Positions 38,179-46,714 of a stretch of DNA of 64,000 bases are shown here, in pieces. The position numbers and the translations under genes were made by a program. Numbering within the stretch: position 1 is the stretch's first letter; each line of letters starts with the position of its first letter. The stretch is from positions 165 through 64,164 of the forward strand of contig CAVVGH010000012.1 of the NCBI GenBank assembly GCA_963747765.1, in the 5' to 3' direction. This stretch comes from an uncultured Solirubrobacterales bacterium (GTDB lineage: Bacteria; Actinomycetota; Thermoleophilia; Solirubrobacterales; 70-9). The notes under the pieces were generated by a model that did no database searches, was not told where the DNA came from, and saw only the letters and a program-made list of their open reading frames with translations.

Positions 38179-39414
38179 GTGAACGACGTCGCCCGCCTCG
38201 TCCGCCGCCAGCTCGGCGCGGACCTGAGGGCGCTGCCGGCGAGCCTCGCCGCCCGCGCCGGAGGCAGCCATCGACTGGCCCGCGCCGGGACGATCGCCGA
38301 GTTGCGCACGGCGGCGGGCCGGGCGCTGCCGCCGGTGATCTTCGACTTCGTCGACGGCGGCGCGGGCGACGAGACCGCCGTCGCCTGGAATCGGGCCGAC
38401 CTCGAACGGCTGGCTCTCCTTCCCCGCGCATTGGTCGACGTCACCGAGGTCGACAGCTCGACCACGGTTCTCGGCAAGAGGGTCTCGACCCCGATACTCG
38501 CGGCGCCGACCGGGCTCTGCGGACTCGTCCACCCCGACGGCGAGATCGCACTCGCCCGTGCCCTGCGGACGGTGGACTCCGTCTACTCGCTGGCCGCGAT
38601 GTCCTCCTACACGATCGAGGAGGTGGCCGACGCGGCGCCCGGATCGGTCTGGTTCCAGACCTACCTGTGGCGCGATCGCGGCTTGGTCGCGGAGTTGCTG
38701 GACCGCGCCAGGGCGGTCGGCATCGAGACGCTGATCGTCACCGTCGACGTGCCCCGCTCGGCGGCGCGCGACCGCGACCGACGCAACGGCTTCGGGTTGC
38801 CCCCGCGCGCCACGGCGCGCACCGTCGCCGCCTCACTGCGACGGCCGCGCTGGACCTGGAACGCGGTGCGCAGGCCGCGGCTCGCTGCGGCCAACGTCGC
38901 ATCGTCCGGGCACGACGCGGTCAGCGTCGCCGCCTACGTCGACCGCCAGTTCGACCCGGCGGCGGACTGGCGCTACCTGGAGTGGCTGCGCGCCCGGTGG
39001 CCCGGAAAGTTGCTCGTCAAGGGCATCCTGCGGCCGGCCGACGCGGTCGCCGCGGTCGGCCTCGGGGCGGATGCGATCGGGGTCTCCAACCACGGCGGCC
39101 GCCAGCTCGAATACGCCGCCTCGGCGATCAGCGCGCTGCCCGCGGTGGCCGAGGCCGTCGAGGATCCGGTCGAGGTGTATCTCGACGGCGGCGTCCGCCG
39201 CGGCAGCGACGCGCTCAAGGCGATCGCGCTCGGAGCCCGCGCCTGCATGGTGGGGCGACCGCTGCTCTACGGGCTCGGGGTCGGCGGCGAGGCGGGGGCA
39301 CGGCGCGCCGTCGACCTCCTCACCGGCGAGTTGCGGGCGACGATGGCGCTCGCCGGGGTGCCGCGCCTCGCCGACGCGGACCGCGACCTGGTTGAGGTGG
39401 GCGGGCCGCGATGA
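38179..39414 (+). CDS. FMN-dependent alpha-hydroxy-acid dehydrogenase/oxidase (LldD/MftD-fold paralog)
   Basis: ...VSNHGGRQLE...LDGGVRRGSDALKAIALGA..., 411 aa. Confidence 0.85.
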   Translation: MNDVARLVRRQLGADLRALPASLAARAGGSHRLARAGTIAELRTAAGRALPPVIFDFVDGGAGDETAVAWNRADLERLALLPRALVDVTEVDSSTTVLGKRVSTPILAAPTGLCGLVHPDGEIALARALRTVDSVYSLAAMSSYTIEEVADAAPGSVWFQTYLWRDRGLVAELLDRARAVGIETLIVTVDVPRSAARDRDRRNGFGLPPRATARTVAASLRRPRWTWNAVRRPRLAAANVASSGHDAVSVAAYVDRQFDPAADWRYLEWLRARWPGKLLVKGILRPADAVAAVGLGADAIGVSNHGGRQLEYAASAISALPAVAEAVEDPVEVYLDGGVRRGSDALKAIALGARACMVGRPLLYGLGVGGEAGARRAVDLLTGELRATMALAGVPRLADADRDLVEVGGPR

Positions 39415-41045
39415 AGGTCTACGAGGCGATCGCGGCGGTGGTGCGCCGCGAAGCCACTGGCGCTGTCTTCGGGCTGATGGGAGACGGCAATTTGAAACTG
39501 ATCCCTCGCCTCACCGACCTCGGTGTCCCGTTCTATGGTGCGCGCCACGAGTGCGGCGCGGTGGCGATGGCCGATGGCCACGCCCGGGTCGCCGGCGAGG
39601 TCGGCGTCTGCACCTTCACCCAGGGCCCCGGCCTCACGAATGCGCTCACCGCGCTGGTCTCGGCGCGCCGCGCCCGCGCCCCTATGGTGGTCCTGAGCGG
39701 AGACACGCCGACCGCGGTCGCCGGCCTTCCGCAGGACATCGAGCAGTTGCCCTTCTTCGCGGCGGCCGATGTCCCCGTCCTCGAGCCCACCGCCGCCGAC
39801 GCCGCGGCGGTGGTCGAGACGGCGTTTGCCCGCGCCCGGGCCGAGCGCCGTCCCGTCGCCCTCGATCTTCCGACCGACCTGCAGGAGCTCGAGACCGCCC
39901 CCCCGGCCTCGGCACCGGCGACGCGGCCGGGGCCGGCACCGGCCGCACCCGACCCGGCCGAGCTCGACGCCGCGGCCGGGGCGCTCGCCGCCGCCGAGCG
40001 CCCCGTGATCCTTGCCGGCCGCGGCGCCTTGTTCGCCGGCGCCGAGGGCGCCGCGGTCGCGCTCGCCGATCGCACCGGGGCGCTGCTCGCCCACTCCCTG
40101 CCGCTGAAGGGCTGGTTCGCCGGCCACTCCTACAACCTCGGGATCGCGGGTGGCTTCGCCACCGAGGTGGCGCAGCGCCTGATCGGGGCCGCCGACTGCA
40201 TCCTGGTCCTCGGAGCCTCGCTCAATCACTTCACGTCGCGCGGCGGCACCCTGTTCGATCCCACCGCGACGATCGTCCAATGCGACGTCGATCCGGCTTC
40301 CTTCGGCCGGTACGTGCCACCAACGATGACGGTCCTCGGCGACATCGCCGCGGTCATCCCGTCGCTGACCGAGCGCCTGGCGCCGGCTCCGGGATACCGG
40401 ACCGACGCGGTCGCCAGCGAGATCGCCGCCGCCCGCGAGATGCCCGAGCCGACCGACGCAGAGACCGGCACGCTCGACCCGCTGGTGCTCTCCTCCCGGA
40501 TCGACACCATGCTCCCCGGCGAGCGGAACCTGGTCGTCGACGGTGGCCACTTCATGGGGTTCCCATCGATGGCGATCGACGTCCCGGAGCCCTCCGGTTT
40601 CGTCTTCACGCTCGACTTTGGCTCGATCGGCCTCGGCCTCGGCGCGGCGGTCGGGGCCGCCATCGCCCGCCCAGACCGGGTGACCGCGGTCGCGGTCGGC
40701 GACGGCGGCCTCATGATGAGCCTCGGTGAGCTCGATACCGCGATCCGCTACTCGCTGCCACTGCTGGTCGTGGTCTACGACGACGGCGCCTTCGGCGCCG
40801 AGATGCACTTCCTGCGGATGCTCGGGATCGACGACGCCGAGTCCCTGTTCAAGACGCCGCCCCTGGCCGCCGTGGCCAGGGCGATGGGGGCCGACGCCAT
40901 CGCGATGGGCGATCTCGGCGACCTCGACGAGGTCGGGGCGCGCGTCGAGCACGGTTTGGAGAGACCCCTCCTCCTGCACTGCCCGGTAAGCCGCGACGTC
41001 CGCGCCGCCTGGCTCGAGGAGGCCTTCGACCGCGGCACCCACTGA
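39411..41045 (+). CDS. thiamine-diphosphate-dependent enzyme (acetolactate-synthase-like)
   Basis: 544 aa. N-terminal Pyr domain and C-terminal GDGGLMMS...(N) TPP-binding motif. Confidence 0.85.
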   Translation: MKVYEAIAAVVRREATGAVFGLMGDGNLKLIPRLTDLGVPFYGARHECGAVAMADGHARVAGEVGVCTFTQGPGLTNALTALVSARRARAPMVVLSGDTPTAVAGLPQDIEQLPFFAAADVPVLEPTAADAAAVVETAFARARAERRPVALDLPTDLQELETAPPASAPATRPGPAPAAPDPAELDAAAGALAAAERPVILAGRGALFAGAEGAAVALADRTGALLAHSLPLKGWFAGHSYNLGIAGGFATEVAQRLIGAADCILVLGASLNHFTSRGGTLFDPTATIVQCDVDPASFGRYVPPTMTVLGDIAAVIPSLTERLAPAPGYRTDAVASEIAAAREMPEPTDAETGTLDPLVLSSRIDTMLPGERNLVVDGGHFMGFPSMAIDVPEPSGFVFTLDFGSIGLGLGAAVGAAIARPDRVTAVAVGDGGLMMSLGELDTAIRYSLPLLVVVYDDGAFGAEMHFLRMLGIDDAESLFKTPPLAAVARAMGADAIAMGDLGDLDEVGARVEHGLERPLLLHCPVSRDVRAAWLEEAFDRGTH

Positions 41046-41058
41046 GCGCCCGGCCCAC

Positions 41059-42180
41059 TCAGTGGTCGTAGACGATCAGGCCGCGCACGTTCCTGCCTGC
41101 GCGCATGTCGGCGTACCCCTGGTTGATCTCCTCCAGCGCGTAGGTTTTGGTGATCAGCTCGTCGAGCATCAGCGTCCCCCGCATGTACAGATCGAGCAGC
41201 ATCGGGATGTCGTTGCGCGGATCGCAGGAGCCGAAGAGCGTCCCCTGCAGTCGTTTGTTGGACATGGCGAACGAGAACAGGTCGAGGGTCACCTCGGTCT
41301 GCGTCACGGGGGCGGCCGAGGTGAATGCGATGACGCCACCCTTGCGGACGAGCCGCTGGGTGCCGTCGAGAAGCCTGCCGTCGCCGACCCCGACCGTGAA
41401 TACGGCCCGGTCGGCAAGGCGCCCCGCGGTGAGGCCGATCACCATCTCCTCGGCCTCCTCGAGGCTCCCCGCGGTGTGGGTGGCGCCGAAGGCGAGGGCC
41501 TGCTCGCGCTTGAAGGGCACCGGGTCGACCGCGACGATCTGGGCGGCGCCGGCGTGCCTGGCCCCCTGCACCGCGTTGATGCCCACGCCGCCGGTGCCGA
41601 CCACGACCACGGTGTCGCCGATCCTGGTCTCGGCCGCGTAGACCGCCGACCCCCAGCCGGTCGGCACGCCACAGCCGACCAGGGCCGCCTTGTCGAGCGG
41701 AATGGCCGGGTCGATCTTGATGACCGCGTCGACCGGCGCAACGCAGTAGGGGCAGAAGGTGCCGAGGTAGGACATCGCGCCGACGCCGTGGCCGCCGGCG
41801 TGGATGCGGTGGGTGCCATCCGGGGCGTGGCCCTCGAGCACCCCGGCGCCGAGGTCGCAGAGGTTCTGTTCGCCGGCGACACAGGGAACACAGTGGCCGC
41901 AGGAGGGCAGAAACGAGAGCACCACATGATCGCCGACCGCCACGTCGGTCACCCCGGGGCCGACCGCCTCGACCACCCCCGCCCCCTCGTGCCCGCCCAG
42001 CACCGGCGCCCATTCGAGCGGGATGTCACCGGTGTCGAGGTGGTCGTCAGAGTGGCAGAGCCCGGAGGCGGCGAGACGGATCAGCGCCTCGCGCTCCTTC
42101 GGCTCGTCGAGCTCGATCTCCTCGACGCTCCAACCGGAGTCCGTCCCCGGCTCCCAGAGCAGGGCGCCCTTGGTCTTCAT
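41059..42180 (-). CDS. NDMA-dependent Zn alcohol dehydrogenase, Rxyl_3153-type (mycofactocin-associated family)
   Basis: GLCHSDDH...GHEGAGVV... Zn-ADH motifs with the family-typical length and ending (RNVRGLIVYDH). Confidence 0.8.
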   Translation of the reverse strand: MKTKGALLWEPGTDSGWSVEEIELDEPKEREALIRLAASGLCHSDDHLDTGDIPLEWAPVLGGHEGAGVVEAVGPGVTDVAVGDHVVLSFLPSCGHCVPCVAGEQNLCDLGAGVLEGHAPDGTHRIHAGGHGVGAMSYLGTFCPYCVAPVDAVIKIDPAIPLDKAALVGCGVPTGWGSAVYAAETRIGDTVVVVGTGGVGINAVQGARHAGAAQIVAVDPVPFKREQALAFGATHTAGSLEEAEEMVIGLTAGRLADRAVFTVGVGDGRLLDGTQRLVRKGGVIAFTSAAPVTQTEVTLDLFSFAMSNKRLQGTLFGSCDPRNDIPMLLDLYMRGTLMLDELITKTYALEEINQGYADMRAGRNVRGLIVYDH

Positions 42181-42185
42181 CGTAC

Positions 42186-43646
42186 CTAGACCCCTTGCAG
42201 GACCTTGGTCTCCAGGTGGGCCGCGATGCCCTCGGCTCCGCCCTCGCGCCCCAGTCCCGATTGCTTGTATCCGCCGAACGGTTGGACCAGGCAGATGTCC
42301 CAGCCGTTCAGGCTCACCTGGCCGCTGCGGATCCGCCGTGCAACCTGGGCACCGAGCTCGACGTCCCTGGCGAAAACGGCACCGGACAGGCCGTAGTCGG
42401 TGTCGTTGGCGATCTCGATCGCCTCGTCCAGCGACCCGAACGGGATGACGACGAGAACCGGTCCGAAGATCTCCTCGCGGGCGATCCGCATCGAGTTGTC
42501 GACCCCGGCGAAGAGGGTCGGCTCGACATACCAGCCACGGTCCAGGTGCCCGGGACGGCCGCCCCCGGTCACCAGGCGCGCCCCGTCGGCCAGGCCGGCC
42601 TCGATGTAGCCCTCCACCCGGGTGCGCTGACGCTCGGCCGCGAGCGGGCCGACCTCGGTCTCCGGATCTGCCGGATCACCCACCCGCAGCGCGGCGAGCT
42701 GGTCGGCGATCGCGGCGGTCACCTCCGCCTCGCGCTCGCGGGGAACGAGGATCCGGGTCAGCGCCGCGCAGACCTGGCCGGCATGACCGACGCCGGCGGG
42801 CACCAGCGTCGGCAGCACCTCGTCGAGATCGACGTCGTCGGCGATGATCGCCGCCGACTTGCCGCCGAGCTCGAGCGTTACACGGGCGATCCGCTCGCCG
42901 CAAATGCTCATGATCTTCTTGCCGGCGACCGTGCTGCCGGTGAAGGACACCTTGTCGACGTCGGGATTGCGGACCAGGTGCTCGCCCACCTCCCGTCCCG
43001 CGGGCATTACGCTGATCACGCCGTCCGGGAGCCCGGCTGCCGCCAGGGCCTCGGCCATCATCATCATGGTCAGCGGGCCCTCGGGTGCGGGCTTCAGGAC
43101 GACGGTGCATCCGGCGGCGAGCGCAGGTGCGATCTTCAGTGAGGCCGTCGTCACGGGGCCGTTCCAGGGAATGATGGTGGCCACCACGCCGACCGGCTCG
43201 CGGATCAAAGTCACCTCTCCGTCGATGCCGGGGCGTCGCTCCTCGAAGTCGAACGCCTCCAGCCAGCGGGCGTTGTTCTCCCAGATTTCGAGGGCGCGCT
43301 GGTGGAAGGTCGTGCTGAGGTCGGTAGGTGCGCCGATCTCGGCGGTGAAGGTCGCGATCATCTCATCGAGGCGCGCAGCGATCTGGTCCCTGATGCGGCG
43401 CAGGGCGGCGGCGCGCTCCGGTGCCGCCATGGTGGGCCAAGGACCGTTGTCGAAGGCCTCGCGGGCAGCGGCGACGGCGGCGTCCATGTCGGCGTCGGCG
43501 GCTTCCGGCACCACCGCGATCGTCTCCTCGGTGACCGGAGAGACGACCTCGATGGTCCGCTCCGAGTCGGGCCTCGCCCACCGCCCTCCGATCAGCAGCT
43601 GGTCGTAGCCGCCGCGCTCGCGCAGCGCCTCGCTGGTATCGGCCAT
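42186..43646 (-). CDS. NAD(P)-dependent aldehyde dehydrogenase
   Basis: ...ELGGKSAAII...GQVCAA..., 486 aa. Paralog of 15411-16901. Confidence 0.9.
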   Translation of the reverse strand: MADTSEALRERGGYDQLLIGGRWARPDSERTIEVVSPVTEETIAVVPEAADADMDAAVAAAREAFDNGPWPTMAAPERAAALRRIRDQIAARLDEMIATFTAEIGAPTDLSTTFHQRALEIWENNARWLEAFDFEERRPGIDGEVTLIREPVGVVATIIPWNGPVTTASLKIAPALAAGCTVVLKPAPEGPLTMMMMAEALAAAGLPDGVISVMPAGREVGEHLVRNPDVDKVSFTGSTVAGKKIMSICGERIARVTLELGGKSAAIIADDVDLDEVLPTLVPAGVGHAGQVCAALTRILVPREREAEVTAAIADQLAALRVGDPADPETEVGPLAAERQRTRVEGYIEAGLADGARLVTGGGRPGHLDRGWYVEPTLFAGVDNSMRIAREEIFGPVLVVIPFGSLDEAIEIANDTDYGLSGAVFARDVELGAQVARRIRSGQVSLNGWDICLVQPFGGYKQSGLGREGGAEGIAAHLETKVLQGV

Positions 43647-43759
43647 TCCTCACCCTCTCTCTCGAAGCAAAATAATTGTTATCAGAGTAATTCTCTTTCT
43701 GTCTCGCCGTCAACAGCGCGAGCCGGCCAAACCGCTCGATCAGGGGATACTGGTCGGGC

Positions 43760-44926
43760 TCAGACGCGTTCGATCAGCGTCGCGGTGCCGAGGCCGCCAC
43801 CGCAGCACATCGTCACCAGGCCAAGCCGCTCGTCGCGGTCCTCCAGCTCGTGCAGCAGCGTGGTGACGAGCCGGGCTCCGGTCGAGCCGAGGGGGTGACC
43901 GAGCGCAATCGCACCGCCGCGAGGGTTCACCGCCTCGAGGTCGGCGCCGAACTCCTTCGCCCAGGCGAGCACGACCGGCGCGAAGGCCTCGTTTATCTCG
44001 ACCACGTCGATTTCCTCCAGGGAGAGGCCGTTGCGTTCGAGGATGTGGCGCGTCGCCGGCATGGGACCGGTCAGCATCGTCACCGGGTCGACGCCGAGGA
44101 CGACCTGGTCGACGACCCGCGCCCGGGCCTTCAGACCCAGAGCCGCCGCCTTCTCTGGCGAGGCTATGAGGATCGCCGCGGCGCCGTCGGAGATCTGGGA
44201 GGAGTTGCCGGCGGTCACCCGGCCGTCCTCACGGAAGACGGCCTTCAGCGCCGCGAGCGCCTCGAGGCTCGACTCCGCGCGGATGCCCTGGTCGCGGGTG
44301 TGCGTCTCCTCGCCGACCTCGATCGGCAGGATCTCCCGGGCGAACTCGCCCGCGTCTGTGGCGCGCCGGGCGCGCTCTTGGGACTGCAGCGCGAACTCGT
44401 CCATCTCCTCGCGGCCGATCCCCCAGCGATCCGCGATCATCTCCGCGCCGACGCCCTGCGGGACAAGGTCGTAGCGGTCGAGCAGCTCCTCGGTGAAGCC
44501 GCGGCCCCACTGCTCCTGGGCACGCTCGTTGACCGAGAACCCGACCCTGCCCATGTGCTCCACCCCGGCCGCGACGACCATGTCATTCATCCCCGAGGCG
44601 ACCTGCAGGGCCGCAAAATGGAGCGCCTGCTGACCCGAGCCGCAGCGGATATCGACGGTTGTCGCGCCGGTCGTCTCGGCCAATCCCTTCTGCAGCCAGG
44701 CGCTGCGTGAGATCCCGCTCGATTGCTCGGCGATCTGGTATACGCAGCCCGCGATCGCGTTGTCGACCTCGGCCGAGTCGACCTCGGCCCGACGGAGGAC
44801 CTCCTCGTAGCAGCGGCCCAGCAGGTCGGCCGGGTGGACGTCGCGGAAGATCCCCTTCTCACGGTGACCGCGGCCGACCGGAGTACGCACAGCCTCGATG
44901 ATCAGCGCTTCGCGCCCGTTCAGCAT
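43760..44926 (-). CDS. acetyl-CoA C-acetyltransferase (thiolase)
   Basis: ...VDIRCGSGQQA...; C-terminal ...NPRGGAIALGHPLGSTG...CCGGGLG. Start MLNGRE at 44926 with a GAGGAG RBS. Confidence 0.9.
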   Translation of the reverse strand: MLNGREALIIEAVRTPVGRGHREKGIFRDVHPADLLGRCYEEVLRRAEVDSAEVDNAIAGCVYQIAEQSSGISRSAWLQKGLAETTGATTVDIRCGSGQQALHFAALQVASGMNDMVVAAGVEHMGRVGFSVNERAQEQWGRGFTEELLDRYDLVPQGVGAEMIADRWGIGREEMDEFALQSQERARRATDAGEFAREILPIEVGEETHTRDQGIRAESSLEALAALKAVFREDGRVTAGNSSQISDGAAAILIASPEKAAALGLKARARVVDQVVLGVDPVTMLTGPMPATRHILERNGLSLEEIDVVEINEAFAPVVLAWAKEFGADLEAVNPRGGAIALGHPLGSTGARLVTTLLHELEDRDERLGLVTMCCGGGLGTATLIERV

Positions 44927-45200
44927 CTCGCTCCTCTCTGGCGGCTGTGGTCGCCCAGAGCGGGAGACCACCAAGAATCAGTACAATCCATGATAAGAGA
45001 TATCCGAGTTCTACGTACTTGGTCCCTGCACGGCGAAAGCCGGTGGGCCGGGTTGAGGTCTCGGAGCTTCAGCCCGATCGCTCGTCCGTCTCGATCCTGA
45101 GAACTGGGCCCTACCCCTTGACCTGGCCCGTTCAGGCACTCGTGCCTGAAAGTGGCGTAGAAATTCGCCCCGGTTAATGCGATCGCCCGGAAAACGACAT

Positions 45201-45460
45201 GGCGATTTGCAGGGAAAGCGGGAGGAGCGGGAGCGACGGGACTCGAACCCGCGACCTCCGGCGTGACAGGCGCCCGGGCGCAATCTCGGGTCAGCCGCGA
45301 AAAGCCTCTTTTACAGGTATTTCTTCGAGGGTCGAAGCTAGATCTTGCCTGAAGCATGCGCCGACATACGCCCACGTGTCGCCATTTCGGGCACTCCGTG
45401 CGGCGAGTGCCTCAACGAGCGAGGCCCGGTTGATCGGGGCCAACTCACAGCTGGCAGGGA
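45201..45460 (-). repeat. repeat copy 2 (uninterrupted), containing a tRNA-Asp(GTC) 3'-half fragment at 45228-45273
   Basis: 46 nt are identical to 4515-4560. Flanks are homologous to 4470-4591 plus 6142-6306 (about three-quarters identity by eye). No 5' tRNA half is present. Confidence 0.75.
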
Positions 45461-45594
45461 GGGATCTGGATCTCCTCTCTTGACGAAGCGTGGAACCACG
45501 CGAGTAACATATCCTCTCGGTGGATCCGGGTCTTCTCATGGCGTTCGGAAACGTCCCTGGGCTCGTCAACTGATAGCCGTCGGGCAACCGCTCC

Positions 45595-45634
45595 GAGAGA
45601 GGCCCTCTCCGCCGGTCGGGGAGGGTCTTCTCTC
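45595..45634 (-). terminator. imperfect GC-rich hairpin just downstream of pcaC
   Basis: gagagaggccctc-N13-gagggtcttctctc, 5 nt after the pcaC stop. No clear U-tract. Confidence 0.35.
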
Positions 45635-45638
45635 TTTC

Positions 45639-46052
45639 TCAAATAGAGGGAGGTTGTTCGATGGACCTGGTCAGCTCAGAGCTTCCCCTGAGCACCCGCT
45701 GGGCGATCGCGAAGGCGATGTTGGCGCGCGGCAACCCGGCGTAGAGGGCGGTGTGGAGGATGACCTCCTTGATCTCGTCCTCGGTAAGCCCGTTGCGCAG
45801 TGCCGCCCGGACGTGCATCTCGATCTCGTTCTCGGCGCCGAGCGCGACCAGCGCGGCGAGGGTGGCGATGCTGCGCGAGTGGCGGTCGAGGCCGGGGCGG
45901 TCCCAGATCTCGCCCCAGGCGTAACGGGTGATGAAGTCCTGGAAGTCGGCGGTGACTTCATCCTTGCCGGCCTCGGCACGGTCGACGTGGTCGTCGCCGA
46001 GTACTTCGCGGCGCACCTTCATGCCTCGCTCGCGATCGCCGGCGGTGCTCAT
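45639..46052 (-). CDS. pcaC: 4-carboxymuconolactone decarboxylase
   Basis: 137 aa, ...FITRYAWGEIWDRPGLDRHSRSIATLAALVALG...EIKEVILHTALYAGLP... The ATG overlaps the pcaD stop (ATGA). Confidence 0.85.
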   Translation of the reverse strand: MSTAGDRERGMKVRREVLGDDHVDRAEAGKDEVTADFQDFITRYAWGEIWDRPGLDRHSRSIATLAALVALGAENEIEMHVRAALRNGLTEDEIKEVILHTALYAGLPRANIAFAIAQRVLRGSSELTRSIEQPPSI

Positions 46053-46714
46053 GAGGTCTGGTCCTGTCGATCGGGCCGGGGCAGCCGGGCGCGGATGAGG
46101 TCGGTGACCGCCGCCGGCCGCTCGAGGTTGCCGAGGTGGGCGGCATCCGCGACCTCGACGAACTCGGCTCCCGGGATGCCGGCGGCGAGCGCGCGGCCGA
46201 CCTCGGGCGGACAGGCGGAATCCTCGGCGCCGGAGACGACCAGGGTCGGGACGGTGATCCTGCCCAGGTCCTCGCGCAGGTCGAGATGGGCGACGACCTC
46301 GGTCGCCGCCGCGTAGCCGGCAGGCGGCGTGGCGACCATCATCTCCCGCATGCGGGCGCGCAGGTCGGGGTCGACCCCGTCGGTGAACCAGCGGTCGAGG
46401 ACGGCGTCGGCGACCGCCTCGACGCCTTCGGCGCGGACGGTGGCGGCGCGTTCGAGCCACGGATCGGGTGGGCCGAAGTACGGGGAGGTGAAGCAGGCGA
46501 AGACGCGCTCGACCCGCCCGGGCGCGTGGGCGGCAAGCCAGACCGCGGTGGCGCCGCCGAGCGAGACGCCGGCGAAGCTCGCCTCGCCGACGCCGAGCGA
46601 GTCGAGCAGCGCCAGCACGTCGCCGCCGAGGTCGGCGAGCGCCCAGGGGCCCCCGGGCACCGGCGACCCGCCGTGGCCGCGGGTGTCGCAGCGGATGATC
46701 CGCAGGTCGTCGCG
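46049..46714 (-). pseudogene. pcaD: 3-oxoadipate enol-lactonase (alpha/beta hydrolase), 5'-truncated by IS3 copy 2
   Basis: Homology starts at ...RCDTRGHGGSPVPGGPWALADLGGDVLALLD...GVSLGG..., directly at the IS end (46715). About 50 N-terminal residues are missing and are not found on the other side of the IS. Confidence 0.8.

Noticed and set aside
45201-45460. Possibility that the ~260-nt repeat with a tRNA-like 3' end is a tmRNA or another structured ncRNA gene.
   Set aside because: There is no 5' acceptor partner (GGGAGCG) and no alanine-type G-U acceptor or CCA context. No tag-peptide-like ORF ending in ...LAA is present, and there is no resemblance to actinobacterial ssrA as I remember it. 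An att or tRNA-fragment origin fits better.
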